DNA of 64,000 nt. Source: a virus. Both the position numbers and the translations under genes were made by a program. Of the stretch, positions 1 through 10,053 are shown piece after piece (position 1 is the first letter of the stretch; the number at the start of each line of letters is the position of its first letter). The notes under the pieces were generated by a model that was not told the DNA's origin, did not search any database, and saw nothing but the letters and a program-made list of their open reading frames with translations. Location of the stretch: IMG/VR virus record IMGVR_UViG_3300042484_002006; one strand, 5' to 3'.

Positions 1-161
1 GGTTCCGCTAATCAAGTTGTCTACAAAGATGGGTCAAACATTGCGGCCGGCAGTGCAAACCTTACATTTAACGGCACAACATTGTCGGTGAGTTCCGTGA
101 GTGTAGCAACTGTAAACAATGTGAGAGACAATATGATGAAATTTATAATGGAGGTTATGTA

Positions 162-530
162 ATGCCCTTAACACAGAAAAGACTTGTCGGACCAGCAGCA
201 TTTGCTACGTCTGCAGGAGATATATACACCGTCCCATATAATGTTGGATACGTAACGACGGTTGTAATTAAAGAAATTATTTTATGCAACACGTCTGCTT
301 CCGCACAAACAGTAACGCTATATCTAAAGCCATACGGAGTAACTGTAGCAAGTTCGCACATTTTTATTAACTCGCTAACACTTGCAGCTAACGAAACAGT
401 GACATTGTCAACTTCAATGGTATTAACAAATAATAATAATACTGCTGGAGATACATATTCAGATAAAATACGAGGACTAGCAAGCGCAGTAACGGTCAAC
501 TATATTTTGAATGGATACGAGGAATACTAA
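162..530 (+). CDS. hypothetical virion-associated protein
   Basis: 122-aa beta-rich ORF heading the + strand block of Gly-rich proteins. Confidence 0.7.
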   Translation: MPLTQKRLVGPAAFATSAGDIYTVPYNVGYVTTVVIKEIILCNTSASAQTVTLYLKPYGVTVASSHIFINSLTLAANETVTLSTSMVLTNNNNTAGDTYSDKIRGLASAVTVNYILNGYEEY

Positions 531-531
531 A

Positions 532-1305
532 ATGGGAAAGTTCATTTTTACGAATGGAGGTGGTCTGAGCGTCGCCTCTGGACCATCAACAACGTCAAAA
601 GCGAACTCCAACCTCACTGGTTTCCTTGATGCACCAGACCCAGTTTATGGTTCAGGCGCAGACGGCTCTGCTACCTTGGATGGATCAGCGACAGTTCTGA
701 GCATGGCACCATTGTCTTCCGTCTATACAGCAACAAGAGATTTATTCTTTTATAATCTAATAATTGCAGACAACGTTAGATTAAATCCCGCAGGGTATAG
801 AATTTTTGTTCAAAATGTTTTAACGCTTGGTAATGGTTCAATCATTGGCCACACCGCAGGATTTTCAACTACTGGTTCAGTTCAACAGGGCGGAGCTGCA
901 AATAGCGGGGCATTGACGCATAGTCTTGGCGGCTCGAGTGCAACGGCAGGAGTTACTGCACCAACTGCAGGAACAGGCGGGACCGACTACTATAAACAGC
1001 CTTTCCAAGCAATTAAAGGGTATTCCATTACGGGAACATCGACTACTGTAACTCCCTTACGTGGTGGCGCTGGCGGCACTGTTGGAGTGGGCGGTGGAGT
1101 AGTTATTCTTGCAGCAAGATACATCGGTCTTTCTAGCGGTACGGCAAGCATCAAGGCACCAGGAACTGCTGGTGCAAACGGCGGTGGCGGTGGAGTGGTG
1201 ATTATTATTTCTTCCGCTGGAGTTCTGACTTCTGGCGTATCAACCGATGTCACTGGTGGAACTAGCTGTAGCGCGGGTACTGTTATTTATTCGCAGGTAG
1301 TATGA
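532..1305 (+). CDS. Gly-rich tail fibre/virion structural-like protein
   Basis: GGxGG-rich; N- and C-terminal segments align by eye with the next ORF; start set at ATG 532. Confidence 0.65.
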   Translation: MGKFIFTNGGGLSVASGPSTTSKANSNLTGFLDAPDPVYGSGADGSATLDGSATVLSMAPLSSVYTATRDLFFYNLIIADNVRLNPAGYRIFVQNVLTLGNGSIIGHTAGFSTTGSVQQGGAANSGALTHSLGGSSATAGVTAPTAGTGGTDYYKQPFQAIKGYSITGTSTTVTPLRGGAGGTVGVGGGVVILAARYIGLSSGTASIKAPGTAGANGGGGGVVIIISSAGVLTSGVSTDVTGGTSCSAGTVIYSQVV

Positions 1306-1306
1306 A

Positions 1307-3055
1307 ATGGCAATTAGAAGAGTAAATAAACCCATTGTCCAAAGAGAAGGTGGAGACGCCATCTTTGGCGAAGGTACTGATGGCGCAGCTACATTTGACG
1401 GCACAGCTACAGTAATTTCATTAGCTCCAACTTCAAATGTTTATAAATTAGTAAAAGACATATACTGTACTAATCTTACGGTTAATAGTGGTGTTACATT
1501 ATTTACAAATGGATTCCGCGTTTTTGTCAATGGAACTTTCACAAATAACGGAACAGTTGGTATGCCCGCCGCAGTTACTCACTCTGTAGCAGATGGAAGC
1601 GGAACAATTGCCGGAAGACAAACTTCCCTCAATCCATCTAAAGCTTGGGGTACAAGTACAGATCCAATATCTGTAACAGATCTTTATGATCTAGATGACG
1701 CGGTATCTGGATTTTTTATTACCGGCGCAGGAGTTGTCACAAAGATCGCTGGAGGTTCATTAGGGGTAGTTGGCTCTAACGGTACAACCACTGCAGCTAC
1801 TGGACCATTTGCTGGAAACGCTGGGAGCTATCCTGGAGCCAATGTAGGGCAGGCTGGCGGTGCAGGAAATGCAGGAACCGCTGGCAACCCAGCAACTGCG
1901 GGAACTGGTGGAGCTGGTGGTCTTGGTGGTGGATTAGTTATTATTTTTGCCAAGACAATTGCAGGTAGTGGGACTTTAGTGAGTTATGGAGTAGCTGGAA
2001 CGGCGGGAACTCCATCTACGCCTGGCGCTGCTGGGCCAGCAGGAAACCCTGCTCCTAACATAACGTCGTATCATACTACAGGCACATACCATCATCCCGC
2101 TGGTTCAACTGGACCTAACCCCGGCGCTGGTACACCACATCCAGCTGGTCATAACTCTGGCACTCATCCAACTTCTCATCACCACCCCGCTGGTTCGACT
2201 GGACCAAACCCTGGCGCTGGTACACCACATCCTTCTGGGCATCATGATGGATATTATCACCATCCAGCTAATTCACTTCTTGCTATAAGTCCACACCATG
2301 CTACAGTATATCCAGCTGGACACAATCCCGGTAACCCACACGCCGCTGGACATAACTCTGGAACAGGATATCATCATCATCCTGCTGGAAATACTCATGG
2401 ATCTCATCCATCAAATGGTCCTAGAAATTTTACCAACCACAATGCAACGGTTTCTGGAAAAAACCACAATGCGGGACATGGATATCATCATCATGGTTCT
2501 GGTACTCCGCATGGACATCATCCAGCGGGCGGACCCCACAATGCATTCAGTCATCATAACGGCACATATCACGGCGCTGGTCACAACTCAACTTATCATC
2601 CCTCTGGTCATAATTCTGGAAATCATAATCATCCAGCTAACGCCCCACATTCTGGTAAGCCAAGCCATAACGCAACAGTTTATAATGCAAGTCATAATGC
2701 TGGTACACACCCGACTACTCATCACCACCCTGCGGGATCAACTGGACCTAATCCTGGCGCAGGAACACCACACCCATCTGGCCACAACTCCGGAACACAC
2801 CCGCACACCGCAGCTACCCTTAATGTCACAACAGGAGCGGTAACTAGCAACAGATCTGCCGCCCCTAGTCATAGTGCTCCTACTCTTAACTACAGCGGAG
2901 GAGCTGGAGGTGCAGCTGGTGCAGCTGGTACAGCTAATCCTGGGGCAACAGGAGCTACAGGCTCAACTGGTGGAATAGTTGTTGTTACTAGAAACGCTGG
3001 AAATGTTGCAAGTCAAATAGGCCATTCAAATTATAGCAAAGTAATTGATATCTAA
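1307..3055 (+). CDS. Gly/His-rich repeat protein, probable tail fibre/virion protein
   Basis: 582 aa; paralog of the upstream ORF with collagen-like GxxGxxG stretches flanking a His/Gly/Pro/Asn-rich insert. Confidence 0.7.
   Translation: MAIRRVNKPIVQREGGDAIFGEGTDGAATFDGTATVISLAPTSNVYKLVKDIYCTNLTVNSGVTLFTNGFRVFVNGTFTNNGTVGMPAAVTHSVADGSGTIAGRQTSLNPSKAWGTSTDPISVTDLYDLDDAVSGFFITGAGVVTKIAGGSLGVVGSNGTTTAATGPFAGNAGSYPGANVGQAGGAGNAGTAGNPATAGTGGAGGLGGGLVIIFAKTIAGSGTLVSYGVAGTAGTPSTPGAAGPAGNPAPNITSYHTTGTYHHPAGSTGPNPGAGTPHPAGHNSGTHPTSHHHPAGSTGPNPGAGTPHPSGHHDGYYHHPANSLLAISPHHATVYPAGHNPGNPHAAGHNSGTGYHHHPAGNTHGSHPSNGPRNFTNHNATVSGKNHNAGHGYHHHGSGTPHGHHPAGGPHNAFSHHNGTYHGAGHNSTYHPSGHNSGNHNHPANAPHSGKPSHNATVYNASHNAGTHPTTHHHPAGSTGPNPGAGTPHPSGHNSGTHPHTAATLNVTTGAVTSNRSAAPSHSAPTLNYSGGAGGAAGAAGTANPGATGATGSTGGIVVVTRNAGNVASQIGHSNYSKVIDI
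2088..2800 (+). repeat. intragenic repeat HHPAGSTGPNPGAGTPHP(A/S)GH, 3 copies, in a His-rich low-complexity tract
   Basis: copies near 2090, 2180 and 2720, with synonymous differences in the DNA. Confidence 0.9.
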
Positions 3056-3115
3056 ATCAACTTGAAAAAACAATAATTATACACTATAATATTAACAAAC
3101 AAAAAAGGAAGAAAA

Positions 3116-3364
3116 ATGAATTTTTTTAACTCTTTAAGTAATGAAAGAAAGCTTCAAGCTATAGATTCTAGAATTGATGGATTGAAAGAACAAATGTACG
3201 GCATGCTTGTCGCATCTGGTGTAAATCCAGAAGAAATTGACATATTAACTTTTGATCCCCAATCTGAAATTGACGCTCCATTCCAGGGCTACGTATCTGA
3301 ATTGCAACGCCTATTAGATTTATGTAAAACAGTTATTGCTATCCGTGAACAGGTGGCAGCATAA
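3116..3364 (+). CDS. small protein, GxNPEE family (paralog of 7368..7607)
   Basis: LVASGVNPEEI vs ILAGINPEEL; SD AAGGAAG upstream. Confidence 0.75.
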   Translation: MNFFNSLSNERKLQAIDSRIDGLKEQMYGMLVASGVNPEEIDILTFDPQSEIDAPFQGYVSELQRLLDLCKTVIAIREQVAA

Positions 3365-3366
3365 AA

Positions 3367-3957
3367 ATGAAAATGATAGAACATGCCCCCTGCATTGTGC
3401 AGTATGATAATGTTTTCGATCCAGGAAATTTTATTCATCTTCTTGAAGAAGAGTGTAGTCAGGCATGGGGATATCTTCATTGGGAACGCTCAACTGTTGG
3501 GTCAGGAGTTGTTGCTCCGATAAGAACATCAATGAGTTGTGAACTAGGTCCTATTGGTAGTGAAGACATTTCAGTAGAAAGAGTCTTACCACTTGCTCAA
3601 GAATGGGTAAGAATCTGGCAATCAATAGATCCATATGTTTGGGACTATAGAAATACTTTCGAAATTGATCTAGAGGCCGACGAGGGGTATCGTGTATTAA
3701 AATACGGTGGCGGCGCATCATATCATGCTCACCACGATCATTGGCGAGACAATTCAAGAACACTAAGCTTAGTTGCGTTCTTGAATGATGGTTACTCAGG
3801 TGGAAATTTAACTTTTCCAAAATTTGATATATCAATTACGCCTAAAACTGGTAGTGTTATTCTGTTTCCCTCCAACTTTCCATATACCCATATAGCAGAA
3901 CCTGTAGGTTTCAATGATGAAACAATTAAATATTCTTTAGTGACGTGGTTTAGATGA
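3367..3957 (+). CDS. 2OG-Fe(II) oxygenase, prolyl-4-hydroxylase-like
   Basis: YHAHHD (HxD), FLNDGYSGGNLTFP, distal His in HIAEPV, KYSLVTW. Confidence 0.9.
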   Translation: MKMIEHAPCIVQYDNVFDPGNFIHLLEEECSQAWGYLHWERSTVGSGVVAPIRTSMSCELGPIGSEDISVERVLPLAQEWVRIWQSIDPYVWDYRNTFEIDLEADEGYRVLKYGGGASYHAHHDHWRDNSRTLSLVAFLNDGYSGGNLTFPKFDISITPKTGSVILFPSNFPYTHIAEPVGFNDETIKYSLVTWFR

Positions 3958-4130
3958 GTCCAGAGCAGCCTCCGCAAGATTCAAATGTAGATGAAGGTAT
4001 TAACGAAGTTTATTTTGATACTACTGATGGAAGATATAAGAGAGTTGGGCAGGCTGAAACTACATGCGACATATATGTCGATGTACCAGTGCTCTTTGAT
4101 TTAGATGAAAAGGAAAAATATGACCTATAA
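3954..4130 (+). CDS. small acidic hypothetical protein (58 aa, not in the ORF track)
   Basis: ATG overlaps the upstream stop (ATGA); fills the gap exactly. Confidence 0.55.
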   Translation: MSPEQPPQDSNVDEGINEVYFDTTDGRYKRVGQAETTCDIYVDVPVLFDLDEKEKYDL

Positions 4131-4389
4131 TATTGAAAAAGATTTTTTATATATTCAAAACAATTTGTTTGCCACGATAGAATCGATTGGTTTAGATTGT
4201 GATAACATTGATTCCTACACTTTAGTGCAATTACTGGAGCAGTGCGCCGTCATATATGGTTCTTCTTCTTACGATGAAGAATCTCCAGCAGAATGCGAAA
4301 GATACGCCTCACTCCGTAGGTCTCAAATGAACATTCGTAGATTCTGGTACTATTACACACTTTTAAAATGGAGAATAGAAAATGCTTAA
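4120..4389 (+). CDS. small hypothetical protein, possible distant GxNPEE paralog
   Basis: FATIESIGLDCDNID has a similar pattern; ATG 4120. Confidence 0.6.
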   Translation: MTYNIEKDFLYIQNNLFATIESIGLDCDNIDSYTLVQLLEQCAVIYGSSSYDEESPAECERYASLRRSQMNIRRFWYYYTLLKWRIENA

Positions 4390-5104
4390 GAAGAATCCTA
4401 GCTTATATGATATTAGCTTGCTAAGTCGGCAGCTAAGCAATAGTCCCGGAGCTAATTATAACGCTGAAGAAATAGCAGATTTTTGTCAACGTTCATTATC
4501 AGAAGAATTAGAAGCTGGCGTAGATAGAAGTCGTCAGGCAATTGGATTTATAACTACTCTAAATTATTTAGAATTCCTATCTCCACCAACTAGCCCTTCA
4601 CATGAAGTAGCCGCAATTAACTTCTTGATGGTTGAAATGCTCGTAGCCTTACAGAAGCCTTCAAAAATATTGTTAGCCCCCTTTGGTTATAGAGGTCTTG
4701 ACATAAATTATCCTCTTTTCAAGGAGAATAATGTTTCAGAAATTCACGTAATGAATTTACCACTTCTAGACTATGTTGAGCGCCTTTGGAATATTAATAT
4801 TGCAGATGAGCACACTATAGGTATGCAGGATATCCAAGATGGAAACTTTGACAATGACTACAATCTTATTGTGGCGTATTTAGAAAACCTTTGTCACGAC
4901 GATCAAATGCTAAATGGTATGGTCGATCACTTGTCTAGTGGTGGCTCATTATTGTTGATGGCTACAAATGATCTAGGCGGCCTCTATGTTAATCAAGAAG
5001 CCCACCCCTATTACCACCCCCATCAAATGCTCTGTCAGAGAGAAGATGTAATAACTTTCCACCTACCTTTTGCGCTTGGATATACATTGGTCATTAAAAA
5101 ATGA
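4382..5104 (+). CDS. SAM-dependent methyltransferase-like protein
   Basis: C-terminal YNLIVAY...DHLSSGGSLLL resembles class I MTase strands; motif I degenerate. Confidence 0.45.
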   Translation: MLKKNPSLYDISLLSRQLSNSPGANYNAEEIADFCQRSLSEELEAGVDRSRQAIGFITTLNYLEFLSPPTSPSHEVAAINFLMVEMLVALQKPSKILLAPFGYRGLDINYPLFKENNVSEIHVMNLPLLDYVERLWNINIADEHTIGMQDIQDGNFDNDYNLIVAYLENLCHDDQMLNGMVDHLSSGGSLLLMATNDLGGLYVNQEAHPYYHPHQMLCQREDVITFHLPFALGYTLVIKK

Positions 5105-6576
5105 ATGAAAAAAAAATTGCTATTATTGGTTCAGGAACAGCAGGACTAATTGCTGCGCTTATAATTAAATCTCTTTTTGAAAGTTACACAGTAACAGTAG
5201 TTTCTTCTAGTAAAAAGGGAATCATAGGAGTCGGGGAAGGCTCAACAGAGCACTGGAGAATCTTTCAGGATCTTGTTGGAATTAGAGCTGACGATATGGT
5301 TAAGAACGCTGACATTACCCATAAGTACGGGATACGTTATGAGAATTGGACAAACCATACTCCAGATTATTTTCACAGTGTAGGTGGAACGGGATTAAAC
5401 GTTAATACTTTTTTTGGAAGCTACGCCTATGCCTTAGAAAATGAATTATTGTTAACTAATACTTTTTCATGGAAAGGTTTAGTAGATGATAAGATAGTAG
5501 ACCTAGGAAATGATACACATCTAGGATGTAATCAATATCATTTTGATACATTTAAATTAAATTCATTTCTTACCAATATTGCAAGAAGTAAAAAAATAGT
5601 ATTCATAGATGATGAAGTATCAGATCTAAAAATAGATGAAGATGGTTACATTGAAAGTATTTATTTAAATAATAATAAAAAATACTTAGAGGCGGATTTC
5701 TTTGTTGATGCTACAGGGTTCAATCGTGAAATTTTAAGTAAGATTTCTGATCAAACATTTATACCCTATCGTAAATACTTACCATGTGATAAGGCTATAG
5801 CATTCCCTACGGAGTCAGATCCATCAGGAAGAATAAGACCTTATACTAGAGCCAGAGCTTTAAGTAATGGGTGGATGTGGGAAATTCCTACTCAAATGCG
5901 AAGAGGCAATGGGTATGTGTTTGCTTCTGATTTTTGCACTGTTGATCAGGCAATAGAAGAAGCTTCAAAAGTTCATGGATTTGAAGTAAAGCCAGCTAAG
6001 GTTATAGATTTTAATTCTGGTTATTTTAAAACAACTTGGAAAAATAATTGTGTAGCAGTTGGTTTATCGGCAGCTTTTGTAGAGCCATTAGAGGCTACTT
6101 CCATTTCAACAACAATCCAACAAGTAAGAATACTATGCTCGTACCTGCCAACATTCTCAAAAGAAAAGACGTACGGCATCAAAGAGTATCATCGAATTAT
6201 GGATTCAGTCATGGAAAATATTTTGTGCATGATCGCCCTTCATTATGTATCGGATAGATCAGACTCAGAAATGTGGAGAGCTCAACAAGAAGCTGAAAAA
6301 CCCGAACTTTTACAACATCTATTAGAAGTTTGGAATGTCCATTCTCCCGAGATTCATGATGTTCCTTCCACCGGATTTGAATTGTTTGCCGCAGCACACC
6401 TTTGGCATGTTGCTCAAGGTCAAGGAGTTCTAAATAAAGAAGTAGCATCTATCGAACTTGATGCCTATAATTCTCGTAAAGTCATTAGAGAAGACTTATC
6501 AAATATATCAAAGAATCTTTTAAAACAGAAACTGGTCGATCATGCGGAAGCGCTCGCAAAAACTAAAAATAGTTAG
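5101..6576 (+). CDS. tryptophan halogenase-family flavoprotein
   Basis: GSGTAG, GVGEGS, YHFD, FFVDATG, GWMWEIP, FVEPLEATSI. Confidence 0.9.
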   Translation: MNEKKIAIIGSGTAGLIAALIIKSLFESYTVTVVSSSKKGIIGVGEGSTEHWRIFQDLVGIRADDMVKNADITHKYGIRYENWTNHTPDYFHSVGGTGLNVNTFFGSYAYALENELLLTNTFSWKGLVDDKIVDLGNDTHLGCNQYHFDTFKLNSFLTNIARSKKIVFIDDEVSDLKIDEDGYIESIYLNNNKKYLEADFFVDATGFNREILSKISDQTFIPYRKYLPCDKAIAFPTESDPSGRIRPYTRARALSNGWMWEIPTQMRRGNGYVFASDFCTVDQAIEEASKVHGFEVKPAKVIDFNSGYFKTTWKNNCVAVGLSAAFVEPLEATSISTTIQQVRILCSYLPTFSKEKTYGIKEYHRIMDSVMENILCMIALHYVSDRSDSEMWRAQQEAEKPELLQHLLEVWNVHSPEIHDVPSTGFELFAAAHLWHVAQGQGVLNKEVASIELDAYNSRKVIREDLSNISKNLLKQKLVDHAEALAKTKNS

Positions 6577-7357
6577 TCCTCGTATATTTAATGAGATACC
6601 TAAATTAAAGGGTGGAGAGGTATTCATTACTCCTCAATCTAAATTCCTTATGGATGATTCTTGTCGCCCATATAAGAATAATGGAAATTGGCCTGAATGG
6701 TGGAAGAATCTAAGCGGCAATGAAGGAAGCGTCAAGAGATGCTCTGGTACATCTGACTATTTGGCTTCTGGTTTTACTATTCCACTTTGGGCTAGCCTTA
6801 TGTTTAGACCATCGATAAACGGAAAAATGTGGGAAGTTAAATTTGACTTGACCAATGAAGTAGGGGATTTTGGAATAGAGGGATTTAGTTATGACCAAAC
6901 TGGAGAGTGTCCAGTAAGTCAAATCAGAAAACTGCCCCAAGCAAACTATGTTAAAGTAATTAATCCTTGGCTAATTAAAACTGCACCAGGATGGTCGTGC
7001 CTGTTCCTGCCTACGCTCTGGGATCCAAATCCTAATTATACAATGCTTCCAGCAATAGTTAATACGGATTACTATCATAATGCTCACATGGTAATGAATA
7101 TCTTAACGGATGAACCATTTGAGCTAGAAGCTGGTAAAGCAATCTGGCACGTTATTCCTTTTAAAAGAGAGAAAGATATTAAAATCACGTGGGGCGACGA
7201 AATTGCGTACACTCTTCTTAGATGGCGTGGATTTGGTGGCGCTTTTATGGCTAAAAGACAAAAGAGTAAGTACAAGAGAATGCAGAGAGAAGCAGATGCA
7301 GAAGTTCAAGTGAACAACAAATCTCTTTTTAGTAAAATATTTAAATCTAAGAATTAG
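6542..7357 (+). CDS. conserved phage hypothetical protein
   Basis: 271-aa ORF with PWLIKTAPGWSCLF; start uncertain. Confidence 0.7.
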   Translation: MRKRSQKLKIVSPRIFNEIPKLKGGEVFITPQSKFLMDDSCRPYKNNGNWPEWWKNLSGNEGSVKRCSGTSDYLASGFTIPLWASLMFRPSINGKMWEVKFDLTNEVGDFGIEGFSYDQTGECPVSQIRKLPQANYVKVINPWLIKTAPGWSCLFLPTLWDPNPNYTMLPAIVNTDYYHNAHMVMNILTDEPFELEAGKAIWHVIPFKREKDIKITWGDEIAYTLLRWRGFGGAFMAKRQKSKYKRMQREADAEVQVNNKSLFSKIFKSKN

Positions 7358-7367
7358 GAGAAATTTA

Positions 7368-7607
7368 ATGGAATTTATATTGTCTCAGAATCAAAAGGCA
7401 TTAGCTATACAAACTGCGCGTACACGCTTGGAGTCGGAACTATTTGCATGTGCAATATTAGCCGGTATTAATCCAGAAGAGCTAGAGTTTACTAATGGAG
7501 CTTTTACGTGGCAGCCGACAGTAACAAATTCTTCCTGGAAAGACCCCGCCGAATCAAGATTAAGAGATATACTGGATGTATATGAAAGACTATTGTCACG
7601 CAATTAG
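7368..7607 (+). CDS. small protein, GxNPEE family
   Basis: paralog of 3116..3364; SD AGGAG. Confidence 0.75.
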   Translation: MEFILSQNQKALAIQTARTRLESELFACAILAGINPEELEFTNGAFTWQPTVTNSSWKDPAESRLRDILDVYERLLSRN

Positions 7608-7619
7608 GAAGATCATTAA

Positions 7620-8306
7620 ATGAATAGCAAAACAAAATTTGATTGGCCATTAGGTAAACCTTCTGCCATCATGGTAGCGGATTCAATTATAGATGAAAAA
7701 GTTTGTTCTAATATTATTACGGAAGTAAGTAAATATTATGAAACTTTGTTTACTCCTGGTCCAGTTTTCTCTGGGGTAATTCCAACTATAAAATCTAGTA
7801 TGGATATGAATTTTGCTAAAGGAGAATTAGAAGCCCTAAATATTCCCACTAATCCATTGGCTGAATATGAAAAAATTGTCGTTGATGCGCTTTTTGGAGC
7901 AATAGGATATTACGCAGAATCTTTTAGATGGTTGTGGGAATGGCCTGGATTATCTGATTCGGGTTTTAGATTGCAGCACTATGTCAAAAACAATGGATAT
8001 TATAGAGAACATATTGATGGTGGACCAGGACCTATCAAAGCTAGAAATAGAATGTTAGGTGCGGTTATTTATCTTAATACAGTAGAAGTGGGAGGAGAAA
8101 CATTCTTTCCAGAGCACGATCTGAAGATACCCGCACGCGCTGGATCCATAGCCCTTTTTCCCGCATATTGGACACACCCTCATCAGGGGTGCGTGCCACT
8201 CTCTGAAGACAAATGGATCATAAGCACTTTTATTACTAAAGACATAGAACAAGAAGTAATAAATGTTACTCCTATGCAACAGGTAGTTAATGAAGAAATT
8301 TTATGA
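7620..8306 (+). CDS. 2OG-Fe(II) oxygenase, P4H-like
   Basis: YYREHID, YLNTVEVGGETFF, HPHQG, KWIIS. Confidence 0.9.
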   Translation: MNSKTKFDWPLGKPSAIMVADSIIDEKVCSNIITEVSKYYETLFTPGPVFSGVIPTIKSSMDMNFAKGELEALNIPTNPLAEYEKIVVDALFGAIGYYAESFRWLWEWPGLSDSGFRLQHYVKNNGYYREHIDGGPGPIKARNRMLGAVIYLNTVEVGGETFFPEHDLKIPARAGSIALFPAYWTHPHQGCVPLSEDKWIISTFITKDIEQEVINVTPMQQVVNEEIL

Positions 8307-8913
8307 TCAATTATCTGGAAGAACTCTCTGCTCTCGTCCTGATCCCCAAGTAATTTCTAACGTATTTGAAGAGGAATATTTTTCTTATCTAATTGATACG
8401 TTTAAAAATATTAGAGAAACAAATATTTTAAAATATACAGATTTCTTAGGCAGATACTATGTAAGTACTTTAGATTCTAATATTGACAATCCTTTATTGC
8501 AATCCTTTGATCATATTATTGATCGAGCAAAGATTTTGTTTGGGGATTACATCAAGCCCACGTATGCAGTTTGGGGACTCTACAGAGGATTTAAAGCCGC
8601 TCTCCCAAAGCATATAGATGATAATGCCTGTACCTATACTATGGATGTATGCCTTAGTCAGATCCAAAAGTGGCCAATTTATGTTGAAGATAAAGAATAT
8701 ATACTTGAGCCCAATCAGGCACTGTGTTATTATGGGGAGGATCAATATCATTGGAGAAACCAATTTCCAGAACCAGCTACAAATGAAGTACAAATGATAT
8801 TTTTTCACTTTGCCGAACCAAATCACTGGTTCTTTACTAAGGGTCCAAAATATCAACAAGAGATAGTAAGGTTAAGATGGGAACACGTAAAAAAGAATGG
8901 AATTATAATATGA
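8290..8913 (+). CDS. 2OG-Fe(II) oxygenase-like protein
   Basis: LPKHID, WPIYV, GEDQYHWR, QMIFFHF. Confidence 0.75.
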   Translation: MKKFYDQLSGRTLCSRPDPQVISNVFEEEYFSYLIDTFKNIRETNILKYTDFLGRYYVSTLDSNIDNPLLQSFDHIIDRAKILFGDYIKPTYAVWGLYRGFKAALPKHIDDNACTYTMDVCLSQIQKWPIYVEDKEYILEPNQALCYYGEDQYHWRNQFPEPATNEVQMIFFHFAEPNHWFFTKGPKYQQEIVRLRWEHVKKNGIII

Positions 8914-9197
8914 AATCATTTGCTCAAAAAATTATTAATTCTATTAAGACGATGAGCTCTAAGGCCTATTGGAATAGGATAAATACAGTAGAGGCGTGGG
9001 GATTCGCAACAAAGATTGGAATTATATTCCCGGGACTCTTGTTTGGCTATCAGTGGTGGTGGCTGTATATATTCGCCATCATATCAAGTCTATCTTTAAT
9101 CTGGACATCAACGGAGAAGACTCTACCCACTATTATAATATTCAATGTACTGTGGGTTATACTTGCTAGCTTATCAATAGCTAAACATTTTATTTAA
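8910..9197 (+). CDS. small membrane protein
   Basis: three hydrophobic segments; ATG overlaps the upstream stop. Confidence 0.65.
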   Translation: MKSFAQKIINSIKTMSSKAYWNRINTVEAWGFATKIGIIFPGLLFGYQWWWLYIFAIISSLSLIWTSTEKTLPTIIIFNVLWVILASLSIAKHFI

Positions 9198-9274
9198 TTC
9201 CAGATTTGCAAGTTTTTGCCAAAACGAATTTGGCCCTCAAAATTTTTTTTCAAATTCACCCTATATAGGGTTTT

Positions 9275-9547
9275 TTAATTTTTATCCTTATAGCCATATT
9301 CTTTTTGAAAAGAACTTAAGTGGCTTAATTCTATCTTTCTCCACATGGATGGAGAATGTGACTCTTCTATAGCCTCAGCGTGTTCGGGGCTCTCATAGAG
9401 GCGTATAATGTGGATACAGGGGTCATCTCCACCCCATATCATCTCTGACTCATCCTCTGTAAGGGGTAGGCTATCGTGAGTCTCACAAATCGCCGGACCA
9501 CACCATCTATTATTAATACCGATTTGCAGCCATTCATTAAATGTCAT
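9275..9547 (-). CDS. hypothetical protein
   Basis: last gene of the - strand block; WCGPAICETHD. Confidence 0.7.
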   Translation of the reverse strand: MTFNEWLQIGINNRWCGPAICETHDSLPLTEDESEMIWGGDDPCIHIIRLYESPEHAEAIEESHSPSMWRKIELSHLSSFQKEYGYKDKN

Positions 9548-9897
9548 TTGTTTAAATCCTCTACTTTGTATTTGATATCCACTATTATACCATCTGTGAA
9601 CTTCGCAAAGTAATTAATAAAGTATCTATTTCCACTAGCTAAGACAGCTGAAGAATAGAAGTGTAAGATTCCATGAAATTCAGTATCCTTATATGCGGAC
9701 AATTCAAGATCGCGCTTGCCAGACCAAGTACCTTCTCGGTACAATAGTTTACCTACACTAGATATCAAATAGCTATCTAGCATACAGTGCATGTCTTTCG
9801 TCTGGAACTCATGTCCCGGGAAAAATGAGACTTCCTGGTCTTCTAATAAGATCTCTGGAAGATCATATTCAACATATACTGAATCAAACATTCCCAT
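9544..9897 (-). CDS. hypothetical protein
   Basis: MGMFD...FQTKD phage-type ORF; ATGA-coupled to the next gene. Confidence 0.75.
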   Translation of the reverse strand: MGMFDSVYVEYDLPEILLEDQEVSFFPGHEFQTKDMHCMLDSYLISSVGKLLYREGTWSGKRDLELSAYKDTEFHGILHFYSSAVLASGNRYFINYFAKFTDGIIVDIKYKVEDLNK

Positions 9898-10053
9898 TGG
9901 GGCCCCGATCTAAGGTCTATATTAAAAAAAAGTCTTTTTGTATGTACAATAAAAAAATTAATCTCTACCAAAAAATATCCAAGGAATAAAGATTACCATT
10001 GTTGCCAAGAATAGGCCAAATATAAAATCACCCATTATTTATCCTCACTTTTA

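Noticed and set aside
6542-7357. dUTPase-like or oxygenase assignment
   Set aside because: No diagnostic motifs recognisable by eye; left as hypothetical.
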